Source of the DNA: Amphiscolops sp. MND2022
Lineage: Eukaryota
Length of the DNA stretch: 64,000 nucleotides
Assembly: GCA_964187785.1 (NCBI GenBank)
Contig: OZ076415.1
Coordinates: 49,662,001 to 49,726,000, forward strand
Reading direction: 5' to 3'
Position numbers and translations under genes: made by a program. The first letter of the stretch is position 1, and each line of letters opens with the position of its first letter. Below are positions 1-11,399 of this stretch, one piece after another. The notes under the pieces are model-generated. The model was not told where the DNA came from and made no database searches. It saw only the letters and a list, made by a program, of their open reading frames with translations.

Positions 1-105
1 GGCAAATTCGAAGGGACAATTTGCCGAAAAAAATCCGGCAAATTGTCTTTCACGTTCGGCAAATTGGGTTCCAGCAATTGGTCTTTCGGCAAATTGTCCC
101 TAACC
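1..105. repeat. Short clustered CGGCAAATTG-like repeats, possibly the end of a MITE-like element cut by the window edge
   Basis: GGCAAATT recurs at about 1, 37, 58 and 88, plus one inverted copy near 18-25. Confidence 0.35.
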
Positions 106-272
106 CACATATCAGCTCACACTTGGATCTCGCAAAAGCAGCGGTAGTGAGTTCAACTTCAGTGAAGTATAATGAAAAAACGATGAACAAGAAGTTGAAA
201 CAGATGAAAAATTACCCATATAGATAACTTGACTGGTACGGGAATTCCATCGATATGATGTCGTAGGTAATT

Positions 273-2340
273 TCAACTGATTTTGGAAAGATTTTTCTGA
301 ATATTATTGTACTGAAAGAAGTAAATCAGAGATTTCAACAAAATCAAGTGACGTACACTGATTATACCCTTGTTTTTTCTCAATTCATAAGATGACTTGA
401 TGTTTGAACAAAAACACACGCTCTTCAGAGCCCAATTCATCTGTTTTTCTAGTGAGAGCAAAAAAAGGAGAACTAATTTTGAAGAAAAACAGAAAAGAAT
501 AGTCCAGGTGACTCATCACAATTGCGTGGAAAAGCATAGGAAGTACTTGTTTTGGGAACCTGTGCTGTACAGTTTCAACAATTTTTTTACCGACTGTCAT
601 ATTTTTAGCACCTTTTTAACTTGTGTTTGGAATCCAAGGTCTTTATCAATGGTTATACCTAAGTATTTGCAATGGTCTGACTTCTTCACTATGGTGGAGC
701 TTACAATAACTGTCTCTAAGTCGTTGAGGCGTTTAACATTTTTGAGGGAGAAGGTGATGAATTCTGTTTAATTTGCATTTAGGTTTAGTTTCTTGAGACA
801 AAAGAATTCTTCTAACTCATATAAATTGTCTTATAATACTTCAAGAGCACTCTCGGATTTTTTATGGCTACAAAAAAGTAAACAATTGTAAGCATACTGT
901 AATATACGTGCAATTGCGCTCATGAGTTCTGGAAGATCATTCACATAGAAGTTGAAAAATAATGGCCCTATGACTTGGGGAAACTTGAGGAAACCAGTTC
1001 CTTGGGGAACTCCTTGTTTCAATTCAATCCATTCAGGTTGAACACCATGTACAGACATTTGTTGCAATCGACATGTTAAAAAACTTTTCACGATTTGTAT
1101 CACTGAAGGCGAAAAATGTAACGACTGAAGTTTCTTGAGAAGAAGTTGGTGTGGAAGTGAGTCGAATGCTTTTGATAGATCAAGTAGGACAGCATGAACT
1201 ATTTTTCCAATTTCGATCTCGTGTTGGATTGTTTCAATAAAATCCAAAATAGCATCTTGAGCAGAAACTTTCGATCCCAAACCAAATTGAAGTGGAGTGA
1301 GTATCCCACGATTTTCTGCGTAAGCAGTTATATGTTTGTGCAAATAAACACTCGAGGATTTTAGGAAAGGGAGTAGTGATAGAAATGGGGCGATGATTTA
1401 ATAGCTCCAAGATGTCATCTTTTTTGAAAATTGGTGTTATCACTGCCCTTTTTAGCTTTGAGGGGAACACACAGTCTTTAATGCTTTCATTCAAAACGGA
1501 AGTCAGATGAGGGACTAAGATTTGCTCACCGTCGGTCACGTATTGCCCAAGGAGGTAATTTGCAAGGGCCAGTTGTTTTGTGAGAATATCATAACAATCT
1601 TTTTCTCTTATTGGGCAAAAGCTGAACGACTCATAACCAGCTGTATATATAGGATCATTCTCAAACTCTCTACCAAACCTTTGACCTAGATTTGAGGATA
1701 GGTTGAAGTGTTTCGCAATTTTCTTATTATCGACAATCAAGTCTCCAGAAAATTTTCAAAGCTGCAACGTTGATTGATTGATTTTGACCCCTTACGTTGT
1801 TTACAATGTTCCAGCGGTCTTTTATCAATTTGAGAGAGATGAAACAAGTCCAAGAAAATTGTTTTTGTTTTTTTTACGACAGACGATAATGTCGATCGCA
1901 GTTTACTATAACCAGACCAATTTTCGGGTGATGAAATCTTGAAGTATTTTTCATAGGTCAGCTGTCGTTCCCGTAGTAAGTTTTTGCATTCCTCGTCAAA
2001 CATTTTTTTTGCGTTCCTTGAAAAATTACGGAGGCTTTTTCTCCAGGAACACGTTTTTGAAAGGAGCATGCTTTTCCAGGGCACTTGATAGCAAATACAA
2101 AAACATATTGAAGATGTCATTAGAACTTGAGCATTGATAGATTTTGGACCATGGAATATCTGACAATGTTTGGGAAAAAGCATCCTTTACGTATATTTTC
2201 AAATCTGTGTAGCCTTCTGCACTTTTGTTTACCCGCATTTACTTCTGTGAACAAAACAAAGCAGTTTTGAAGGGAGTGTCAAAAACAAAACTTTTTCATC
2301 ATCAATATGTTCAGCTTGTATTCAATCGATATGGGTTTTT
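273..2340 (-). pseudogene. LINE A ORF2 reverse transcriptase remnant, frameshifted
   Basis: Track ORFs 1234-1740 (ITPIFKK..NHRPISIT) and 831-1343 (VLLDLSKAFDSLPH, GVPQG, GPLFFNFYVNDLP, LQYA) are canonical LINE RT blocks. Confidence 0.9.
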
Positions 2341-5300
2341 GTGTACTTGCACACTCGAGTTGGTAAACATGGAGAGGCTACTTTAAACACATAAGATAAC
2401 ACTACTGTCTCCAGATTTTCTTTTTAAGCGGAGTGAGATAATCCATGTTATAGTCACCCATAAGCGTTATACCCATGAATGATTCACAAGATGCATTTTC
2501 AAGGTTTGTCATTAATTGATCGAGGAAATCAATTTGATATTTCTTTAGGGGATTGTAAGTCATTTTCAAGAGTATCTCAGACTTCGAAAAACTACAGCGG
2601 CACTCTACCTATAGCGATTCAAAAGTTGAGTTATCGGAAAGATTTAAATCATCACGTTCGCTGGGAGCTAGTTTCAAGGTACAAAAAGAATTACTCCTCC
2701 ACCCTTCTTCTTACAGTTAGTTGAACTTCTCTCGCGTCTGAAAAGTTTATGAGGTTTCAGAGCTACATTCCATGAAGACATTTTATCGTGGGGAGTAAGC
2801 CAATTTTCAGAAATCCCAATAAAAGCGTTTTTTCCTATGTCGTTGATAAAAGAGTTCAGTTGCTTTTGCTTTAACGATACATCTTGGAAATTTAGGTGAA
2901 CAAAGCGTAAGATGTTTTTATGCTTCTCAGAAACTTCACATAAAGGTATTCGTAGCACATCTCAAGACCTGGATTCAGTTCAATGTCACCACAGCATAAC
3001 ATCAAAAGTTCAGCGTACGAAAGAATGAAAACTATTTTGTCAGATACCCAATGTCTCAAGGGGAGTACTTTTTCAGAATTTTGTGAGCACAATTAAGTAG
3101 TTCAGCGTCCCATATCTGGAGCTTGTACATGTTGTCAAAAACCAACTTTTTATGATTATTCATGAATGAAATCATTTTTTCGTTAACTGTAAGCACACTG
3201 CGAACATTATTTCTTATCCTCAATTCACGTGATAATTTAGCACGAAGAGGTTGAGATCATCCTTGACAAAGATATTGGTGTTTTCAAATTTCTTTTGTTC
3301 TTCATAAGTTGGTGTTGAATTTCTCGTCTTACAAACTCGGCAATCAGTGGTTTAGGGCCAGTACCACCACTTGGTAAACGACGGCAGTTACTAACATAAA
3401 TTTTTGTTTTCGACACACCTGCTTCCTGAGCCACACTACTTGTGTGTACTTGCACACTCGAGTTGGTAAACATGGAGAGGCTACTGTAAACCCTTAAGGT
3501 AACACTACTGTCTCCAGATTTTCTTATTAAGCGGAGTGAGATATTCCCTGTTATAGTCACCCATTAGCGTTTATCCCATGAATGATTCACAAGATGCATT
3601 TTCAAGGTTTGTCATTAATTGATCGAGTTAATCAATTTGATATTTCTTTAGGGGATTGTAAGTTATATTCAAGAGTATCTCAGACTTCGCAAAACTACAG
3701 CGGCACTCTACCTATAGCGATTCAGAAGTTGAGTTATCGAAAAGATTTAAATCATCACGTTCGCTGGGAGCTAGTTTCAAGGTACAAAAAGAATTACTCC
3801 TCCACCCTTCTTCTTACAGTTAGTTGAAATTCTCTCGCGTCTGAAAAGTTTATGAGGTTTCGGAGCAACATTCCATGAAGACATTTTATCGTGGGGAGTA
3901 AGCCAACTTTCAGAAATCCCAATAAAAGCGTTTTTTCCTATGTCGTTGATAAAAGAGTTCAGTTGCATTTGCTTTTTAGATACATCTTGGAAATTTAGAT
4001 GAACAAAGCGTAAGATGTTTTTATGCTTCTCAGAAACTTCACAGAAAAGTATTCGTAGCACATCTCAGGACCTGGATTCTGTTCAATGTCACCACAGCAT
4101 AACATCAATAGTTCAGCACACGAAAGAATGAAAACTATTTTGTCAGATTTTCCAATTTCTCAAGGGGAGTACTTTTTCAGAATTTTGTGAGCACAATTAA
4201 GTAGTTCAGCGTCCCATATTGGAGCTCGTACAGGTTGTCAAAAACCAACTTTTATTGATTATTTATGAATGGAATTATTTTTTCGTTAACTGTAAGCACA
4301 CTGCGAACATTAACTCTTTTCCTCAATTCACGTGTTAATTTAGCACGAAGAGGTTGAGATCATCCTTGACAAAGATATTGGTGTTTTCAAATTTCTTTTG
4401 TTCCTCATAAGTTGGTGTTTAGTTTCTCGTCTTACAAACTTGGCATTCAGTGGTTTAGGGCCAGTACCACCACTTGGTAAACGACGGCAGATACTAACAT
4501 AAGTTTTTGTTTTCGACACACCTGCTTCCTGAGCCACACTACTTGTGTGTACTTGCACACTCGAGTTGGTAAACATGGAGAGGCTACTGTAAACCCTTAA
4601 GGTAACACTACTGTCTCCAGATTTTCTTTTTAGGCGGAGTGAGATATTCCATGTTATAGTCACCCATTAGCGTTTATCCCATGAATGATTCACAAGATGC
4701 ATTTTCAAGGTTTGTCATTAATTGATCGAGGAAATCAATTTGATATTTCTTTAGGGGATTGTAAGTTATATTCAAGAGTATCTCAGACTTCGAAAAACTA
4801 CAGCGGCACTCTACCTATAGCGATTCAGAAGTTGAGTTATCGAAAAGATTTGAATCATCACGTTCGCTGGGAGCTAGTTTCAAGGTACAAAAAGAATTAC
4901 TCCTCCACCCTTCTTCTTACAGTTAGTTGAAATTCTGTCGCGTCTGAAAAGTTTATGAGGTTTCGGAGCTACATTCCATGAAGACATTTTATCGTGGGGA
5001 GTAAGCCAACTTTCAGAAATCCCAATAAAAGCGTTTTTTCCTATGTCGTTGATAAAAGAGTTCAGTTGCATTTGCTTTTTAGATACATCTTGGAATTTTA
5101 GATGAACAAAGCGTAAGATGTTTTTATGCTTCTCAGAAACTTTACAGAAAAGTATTCGTAGCACATCTCAGGACCTGGATTCTGTTCAATGTCACCACAG
5201 CATAACATCAATAGTTCAGCATACGAAAGAATGAAAACTATTTTGTCAGATATTCCAATTTCTCAAGGGGAGTACTTTTTCAGAATTTTGTGAGCACAAT

Positions 5301-8300
5301 TAAGTAGTTCAGCGTCCCATATTGGAGCTCGTACAGGTTGTCAAAAACCAACTTTTATTGATTATTTATGAATGGAATTATTTTTTCGTTAACTGTAAGC
5401 ACACTGCGAACATTAACTCTTTTCCTCAATTCACGTGTTAATTTAGCACGAAGAGGTTGAGATCATCCTTGACAAAGATATTGGTGTTTTCAAATTTCTT
5501 TTGTTCTTCATAAGTTGGTGTTTAATTTCTCGTCTTACAAACTTGGCAATCAGTGGTTTAGGGCCAGTACCACCACTTGGTAAACGACGGCAGATACTAA
5601 CATAACTTTTTGTTTTCGACACACCTGCTTCCTGAGCCACACTACTTGTGTGTACTTGCACACTCGAGTTGGTAAACATGGAGAGGCTACTGTAAACCCT
5701 TAAGGTAACACTACTGTCTCCAGATTTTCTTTTTAAGCGGAGTGAGATATTCCATGTTATAGTCACCCATTAGCGTTATTCCCATGAATGATTCACAAGA
5801 TGCATTTTCAAGGTTTGTCATTAATTGATTGAGGAAATCAATCTGATATTTCTTTAGGGGATTGTAAGTCATATTCAAGAGTATCTCAGACTTCGAAAAA
5901 CTACAGCGGCACTCTACCTATAGCGATTCAGAAGTTGAGTTATCGGAAAGATTTAAATCATCACGTTCGCTGGGAGCTAGTTTCAAGGTACAAAAAGAAT
6001 TACTCCTTCACCCTTCTTCTTACAGTTAGTTGAACTTCTCTCGCGTCTGAAAAGTTTATGAGGTTTCAGAGCTACATTCCATGAAGACATTTTATCGTGG
6101 GGAGTAAGCCAACTTTCAGAAATCCCAATAAAAGCGTTTTTTCCTATGTCGTTGATAAAAGAGTTCAGTTGCATTTGCTTTTTAGATACATCTTGGAATT
6201 TTAGATGAACAAAGCGTAAGATGTTTTTATGCTTCTCAGAAACTTCACAGAAAAGTATTCGTAGCACATCTCAGGACCTGGATTCTGTTCAATGTCACCA
6301 CAGCATAACATCAATAGTTCAGCATACGAAAGAATGAAAACTATTTTGTCAGATATTCCAATTTCTCAAGGGGAGTACTTTTTCAGAATTTTGTGAGCAC
6401 AATTAAGTAGTTCAGCGTCCCATATTGGAGCTCGTACAGGTTGTCAAAAACCAACTTTTATTGGTTATTTATGAATGGAATTATTTTTTCGTTAACTGTA
6501 AGCACACTGCGAACATTAACTCTTTTCCTCAATTCACGTGTTAATTTAGCACGAAGAGGTTGAGATCATCCTTGACAAAGATATTGGTGTTTTCAAATTT
6601 CTTTTGTTCTTCATAAGTTGGTGTTTAATTTCTCGTCTTACAAACTTGGCAATCAGTGGTTTAGGGCCAGAACCGCCACTTGGTAAACGACGGCAGATAC
6701 TAACATAACTTTTTGTTTTCGACACACCTGCTTCCTGAGCCACACTACTTGTGTGTACTTGCACACTCGAGTTGGTAAACATGGAGAGGCTACTGTAAAC
6801 CCTTAAGGTAACACTACTGTCTCCAGATTTTCTTTTTAAGCGGAGTGAGATATTCCATGTTATAGTCACCCATTAGCGTTATTCCCATGAATGATTCACA
6901 AGATGCATTTTCAAGGTTTGTCATTAATTGATTGAGGAAATCAATCTGATATTTCTTTAGGGGATTGTAAGTCATATTCAAGAGTATCTCAGACTTCGAA
7001 AAACTACAGCGGCACTCTACCTATAGCGATTCAGAAGTTGAGTTATCGGAAAGATTTAAATCATCACGTTCGCTGGGAGCTAGTTTCAAGGTACAAAAAG
7101 AATTACTCCTTCACCCTTCTTCTTACAGTTAGTTGAACTTCTCTCGCGTCTGAAAAGTTTATGAGGTTTCAGAGCTACATTCCATGAAAACACTTTATCG
7201 TGGGGAGTAAGCCAATTTTCAGAAATCCCAATAAAAGCGTTTTTTTCTATGTCGTTGATAAAAGAGTTCAGTTGCTTTTGCTTTAAAGATACATCTTGGA
7301 AATTTAGATGAACAAAGCGTAAGATGTTTTTATGCTTCTCAGAAACTTCACAGAAAAGTATTCGTAGCACATCTCAAGACCTGGATTCAGTTCAATGTCA
7401 CCACAACATAACATCAAAAGTTCAGCGTACGAAAGAATGAAAACTATTTTGTCAGATACCCAATGTCTCAAGGGGAGTACTTTTTCAGAATTTTGTGAGC
7501 ACAATTAAGTAGTTCAGCGTCCTATATCTGGAGCTTGTACATGTTGTCAAAAACCAACTTTTTATGATTATTCATGAATGAAATCATTTTTGCGTTAACT
7601 GTAAGCACACTGCGAACATTATTTCTTTTCCTCAATTCACGTGATAATTTAGCACGAAGAGGTTGAGATCATCCTTGACAAAGATATTGGTGTTTTCAAA
7701 TTTCTTTTGTTCTTCATAAGTTGGTGTTGAATTTCTCGTCTTACAAACTCGGCAATCAGTGGTTTAGGGCCAGTACCACCACTTGGTAAACGACGGCAGA
7801 TACTAACATAAATTTTTGTTTTCGACACACCTGCTTCCTGAGCCACACTACTTGTGTGTACTTGCACACTCGAGTTGGTAAACATGGAGAGGCTACTGTA
7901 AACCCTTAAGGTAACACTACTGTCTCCAGATTTTCTTTTTAAGCGGAGTAAGATATTCCATGTTATAGTCACCCATTAGCGTTTATCCCATGAATGATTC
8001 ACAAGATGCATTTTCAAGGTTTGTCATTAATTGATCGAGGAAATCAATTTGATATTTCTTTAGGGGATTGTAAGTTATATTCAAGAGTATCTCAGACTTC
8101 GAAAAACTACAGCGGCACTCTACCTATAGCGATTCAGAAGTTGAGTTATCGAAAAGATTTAAATCATCACGTTCGCTGGGAGCTAGTTTCAAGGTACAAA
8201 AAGAATTACTCCTCCACCCTTCTTCTTACAGTTAGTTGAAATTCTGTCGCGTCTGAAATGTTTATGAGGTTTCGGAGCTACATTCCATGAAGACATTTTA

Positions 8301-10050
8301 TCGTGGGGAGTGAGCCAACTTTCAGAAATCCCAATAAAAGCGTTTTTTCCTATGTCGTTGATAAAAGAGTTCAGTTGCATTTGCTGTTTAGATACATCTT
8401 GGAAATTTAGATGAACAAAGCGTAAGATGTTTTTATGCTTCTCAGAAACTTCACAGAAAAGTATTCGTAGCACATCTCAGGACCTGGATTCTGTTCAATG
8501 TCACCACAGCATAACATCAATAGTTCAGCATACGAAAGAATGAAAACTGTTTTGTCAGATATTCCAATTTCTCAAGGGGAGTACTTTTTCAGAATTTTGT
8601 GAGCACAATTAAGTAGTTCAGCGTCCCATATTGGAGCTCGTACAGGTTGTCAAAAACCAACTTTTATTGATTATTTATGAATGGAATTATTTTTTCGTTA
8701 ACTGTAAGCACACTGCGAACATTAACTCTTTTCCTCAATTCACGTGTTAATTTAGCACGAAGAGGTTGAGATCATCCTTGACAAAGATATTGGTGTTTTC
8801 AAATTTCTTTTGTTCTTCATAAGTTGGTGTTTAATTTCTCGTCTTACAAACTTGGCAATCAGTGGTTTAGGGCCAGTACCACCACTTGGTAAACGACGGC
8901 AGATACTAACATAATTTTTTGTTTTCGACACACCTGCTTCCTGAGCCACACTACTTGTGTGTACTTGCACACTCGAGTTGGTAAACATGGAGAGGCTACT
9001 GTAAACCCTTAAGGTAACACTACTGTCTCCAGATTTTCTTTTTAAGCGGAGTGAGATATTCCATGTTATAGTCACCCATTAGCGTTATTCCCATGAATGA
9101 TTCACAAGATGCATTTTCAAGGTTTGTCATTGATTGATCGAGGAAATCAATTTGATATTTCTTTAGGGGATTGTAAGTCATATTCAAGAGTATCTCAGAC
9201 TTCGAAAAACTACAGCGGCACTCTACCTATAGCGATTCAGAAGTTGAGTTATCGGAAAGATTTAAATCATCACGTTCGCTGGGAGCTAGTTTCAAGGTAC
9301 AAAAAGAATTACTCCTCCACCCTTCTTCTTACAGTTAGTTGAACTTCTGTCGCGTCTGAAAAGTTTCTGAGGTTTCGGAGCTACATTCCATGAAGACATT
9401 TTATCGTGGGGAGTAAGCCAACTTTCAGAAATCCCAATAGAAGCGTTTTTTCCTATGTCGTTGATAAAAGAGTTCAATTGCATTTGCTTTTTAGATACAT
9501 CTTGGAAATTTAGATGAACAATGCGTAAGATGTTTTTATGCTTCTCAGAAACTTCACAGAAAAGTATTCGTAGCACATCTCAGGACGTGGATTCAGTTCA
9601 TTGTCACCACAGCATAACATCAATAGTTCAGCATACGAAAGAATGAAAATTATTTTGTCAGATATCCCAATTTCTCAAGGGGAGTACTTTTTCAGAATTT
9701 TGTGAGCACAATTAAGTAGTTCAGCGTCCCATATCGGAGCTCGTAACGGTTGTCAAAAACCAACTTTCAATGATTATTCATGAATGGAATTATTTTTTCG
9801 TTAACTGTGTGTAAGCACACTGCGAACAATAACTCTTTTCCTCAATTCACGTGTTAATTTAGCACGAAGAGGTTGAGATCATCCTTGACAAAGATATTGG
9901 TGTTTTCAAATTTCTTTTGTTCTTCATAAGTTGGTGTTTAGTTTCTCGTCTTACAAACTTGGCATTCAGTGGTTTAGGGCCAGTACCACCACTTGGTAAA
10001 CGACGGCAGATACTAACATAGTTTTTTGTTTTTGACACACCTGCTTTCTG
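2340..10050 (-). repeat. Tandem array of 7 x 1103-bp units (ORF1 C-terminus, 2A-like motif, endonuclease N-terminal part of LINE A)
   Basis: The marker ATGATTCACAAGATGC recurs at 2479, 3582, 4685, 5788, 6891, 7994 and 9097, a period of exactly 1103. Confidence 0.97.
4067..4093 (-). other. 2A/StopGo-like motif GDIEQNPGP (also 5170-5196, 6273-6299, 8479-8505; degenerate at 2964-2990, 7376-7402, 9582-9608)
   Basis: Minus strand reads LLMLCCGDIEQNPGP directly upstream of the endonuclease; matches the D(V/I)ExNPGP consensus. Confidence 0.85.
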
Positions 10051-10519
10051 AGCCACACTAACCACCTTTGCAAAAAGACGTCGTCGCCCGGTTCCTCCTC
10101 TACGCCAACGATCCTAACATCTTCTCTGCCCCCATTTTGTTCAATGCTGTCAGCCTCGATGCCAGGAGACAGATCCCCAGCAGCAAAAACTTGGATTTTT
10201 TTGAGTTCCTAAACGGCACAGGAACCACAGAGGAAACGCCTAGAGAAGAAACTTTTGGGAATCAACGTTGGTACTCAGATGTTGATCCAGATGTGCTCCC
10301 GTCAATTCCGGGCCCTGTGCATTTGACCTCATGGTTGTTACCTTCTTGTTTCTTCGTCGGGTTTTGCGCTGAGGTTGACTTTGTACGAGATGGACCCATC
10401 TGAAAACACTTATCGAATAGCCGAGGCTATTTATTAAGTTTATCGTAACAATAATGTCTCGAACAGCAGAATTCAATTTTGTGCAGTACAGTTTTCTACC
10501 GGCAATTATCGAAAAAAGC

Positions 10520-11170
10520 TCCGCGCAAACTTTGCAATAATTGGACGCCCTCGGTCAGGCTTCACACTTCTGCTGGGCCGTCTGTGACAGATGCTGATGT
10601 CCGCTCTAAATACTTGACGTTCTGCTTTTTGTGCCACATTGATCACCGCTCGATACACATCCTCCTCAGTTTCATCTTCCTCTACACCAAGTTTTCGTAA
10701 TTTGTCCCTTCTTCCTAAATGTTCGTTTCAGTTTGCATTAAATAAACTTGACAACTCTCCACTGATCTGAGGCTGCTCAGCAATTTTTGAATGCTTTGAA
10801 TGCAACTCGGCCACTTCAGCTGCTTTAGAAAAGCCACACAAGAACGAGCGATTGATGAACTTCTGCGGAATCTTTCTGGGAAGCCAGGTACCAACCCATG
10901 ATATGCATCCATTGTCAGTTTGCCCTCACACTCAATCAAATGTGTGGAAAACCTTCTTCATCATCGGTGGTTGAACCAGTTCTGGTATTAGGCATTGCTC
11001 TGAAATTATTTAATAGGTTTATCACAACAATTAGTCTCTGAAAATATGATTGCATGACACGGCCTCTTTCGTTTCGCGCCACTCAGGTCGGCCTTCGTCA
11101 AACCAGCAGCTGGTCTAGCAGCGGCACGTCGCTCCTGCAATAAAACACTCATGTAAATTTTCCATATCTA
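10520..11170 (-). mobile_element. LINE family B 5' fragment (5'UTR and ORF1), diverged copy
   Basis: Track ORF 10715-10939 (MIECEGKL..DAYHGLVPGFP) is homologous to 14688-15065; the UTR block CGTCAAACCAGCAGCTGGTCTAGCAGCGG is the reverse complement of the block at about 14495-14525. Confidence 0.8.
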
Positions 11171-11399
11171 TTGAACCTCTGTCAAAGAACACACATCGTA
11201 CCCTTTAAGGGGGGTTGTGGGTAATCAAGGACCACCGTTCACTGCGGCGCCAATATTACAAAAAATCTGCTTCTTTCATTTAAAAAATTTAGCCTAATTG
11301 TTCTGATGGCAACGATTTGAATTTGAGACAACTGGACAACATCTCTGACGGTTTCGTTTGTTTGTCGCTGCACATGGGCTGAACACTATCACAACCCGG

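Larger units (their letters stand above)
200..10480 (-). mobile_element. LINE family A (CR1/L2-type, APE endonuclease), near full length, inactivated and internally expanded by a 1103-bp array
   Basis: Colinear minus-strand remnants: ORF1 RRM-like region (VRIVGVEEEPG..KVVSVAQKAGV..SICRRLP..KPLIAKFVRR), 2A-like motif, endonuclease (VHLN, GISESWL, LFRRDR, GGGVILFV, GDYNMD, PTRV) and reverse transcriptase. Removing six extra units leaves about 3.6 kb, a plausible element length. Confidence 0.85.

Noticed and set aside
2340-10050. Array as CRISPR-like or as a multicopy gene cluster (81-aa plus-strand, 94-aa and 107-aa minus-strand ORFs)
   Set aside because: There are no unique spacers; the 81-aa ORF is antisense to the endonuclease and the 107-aa ORF is a junction chimera
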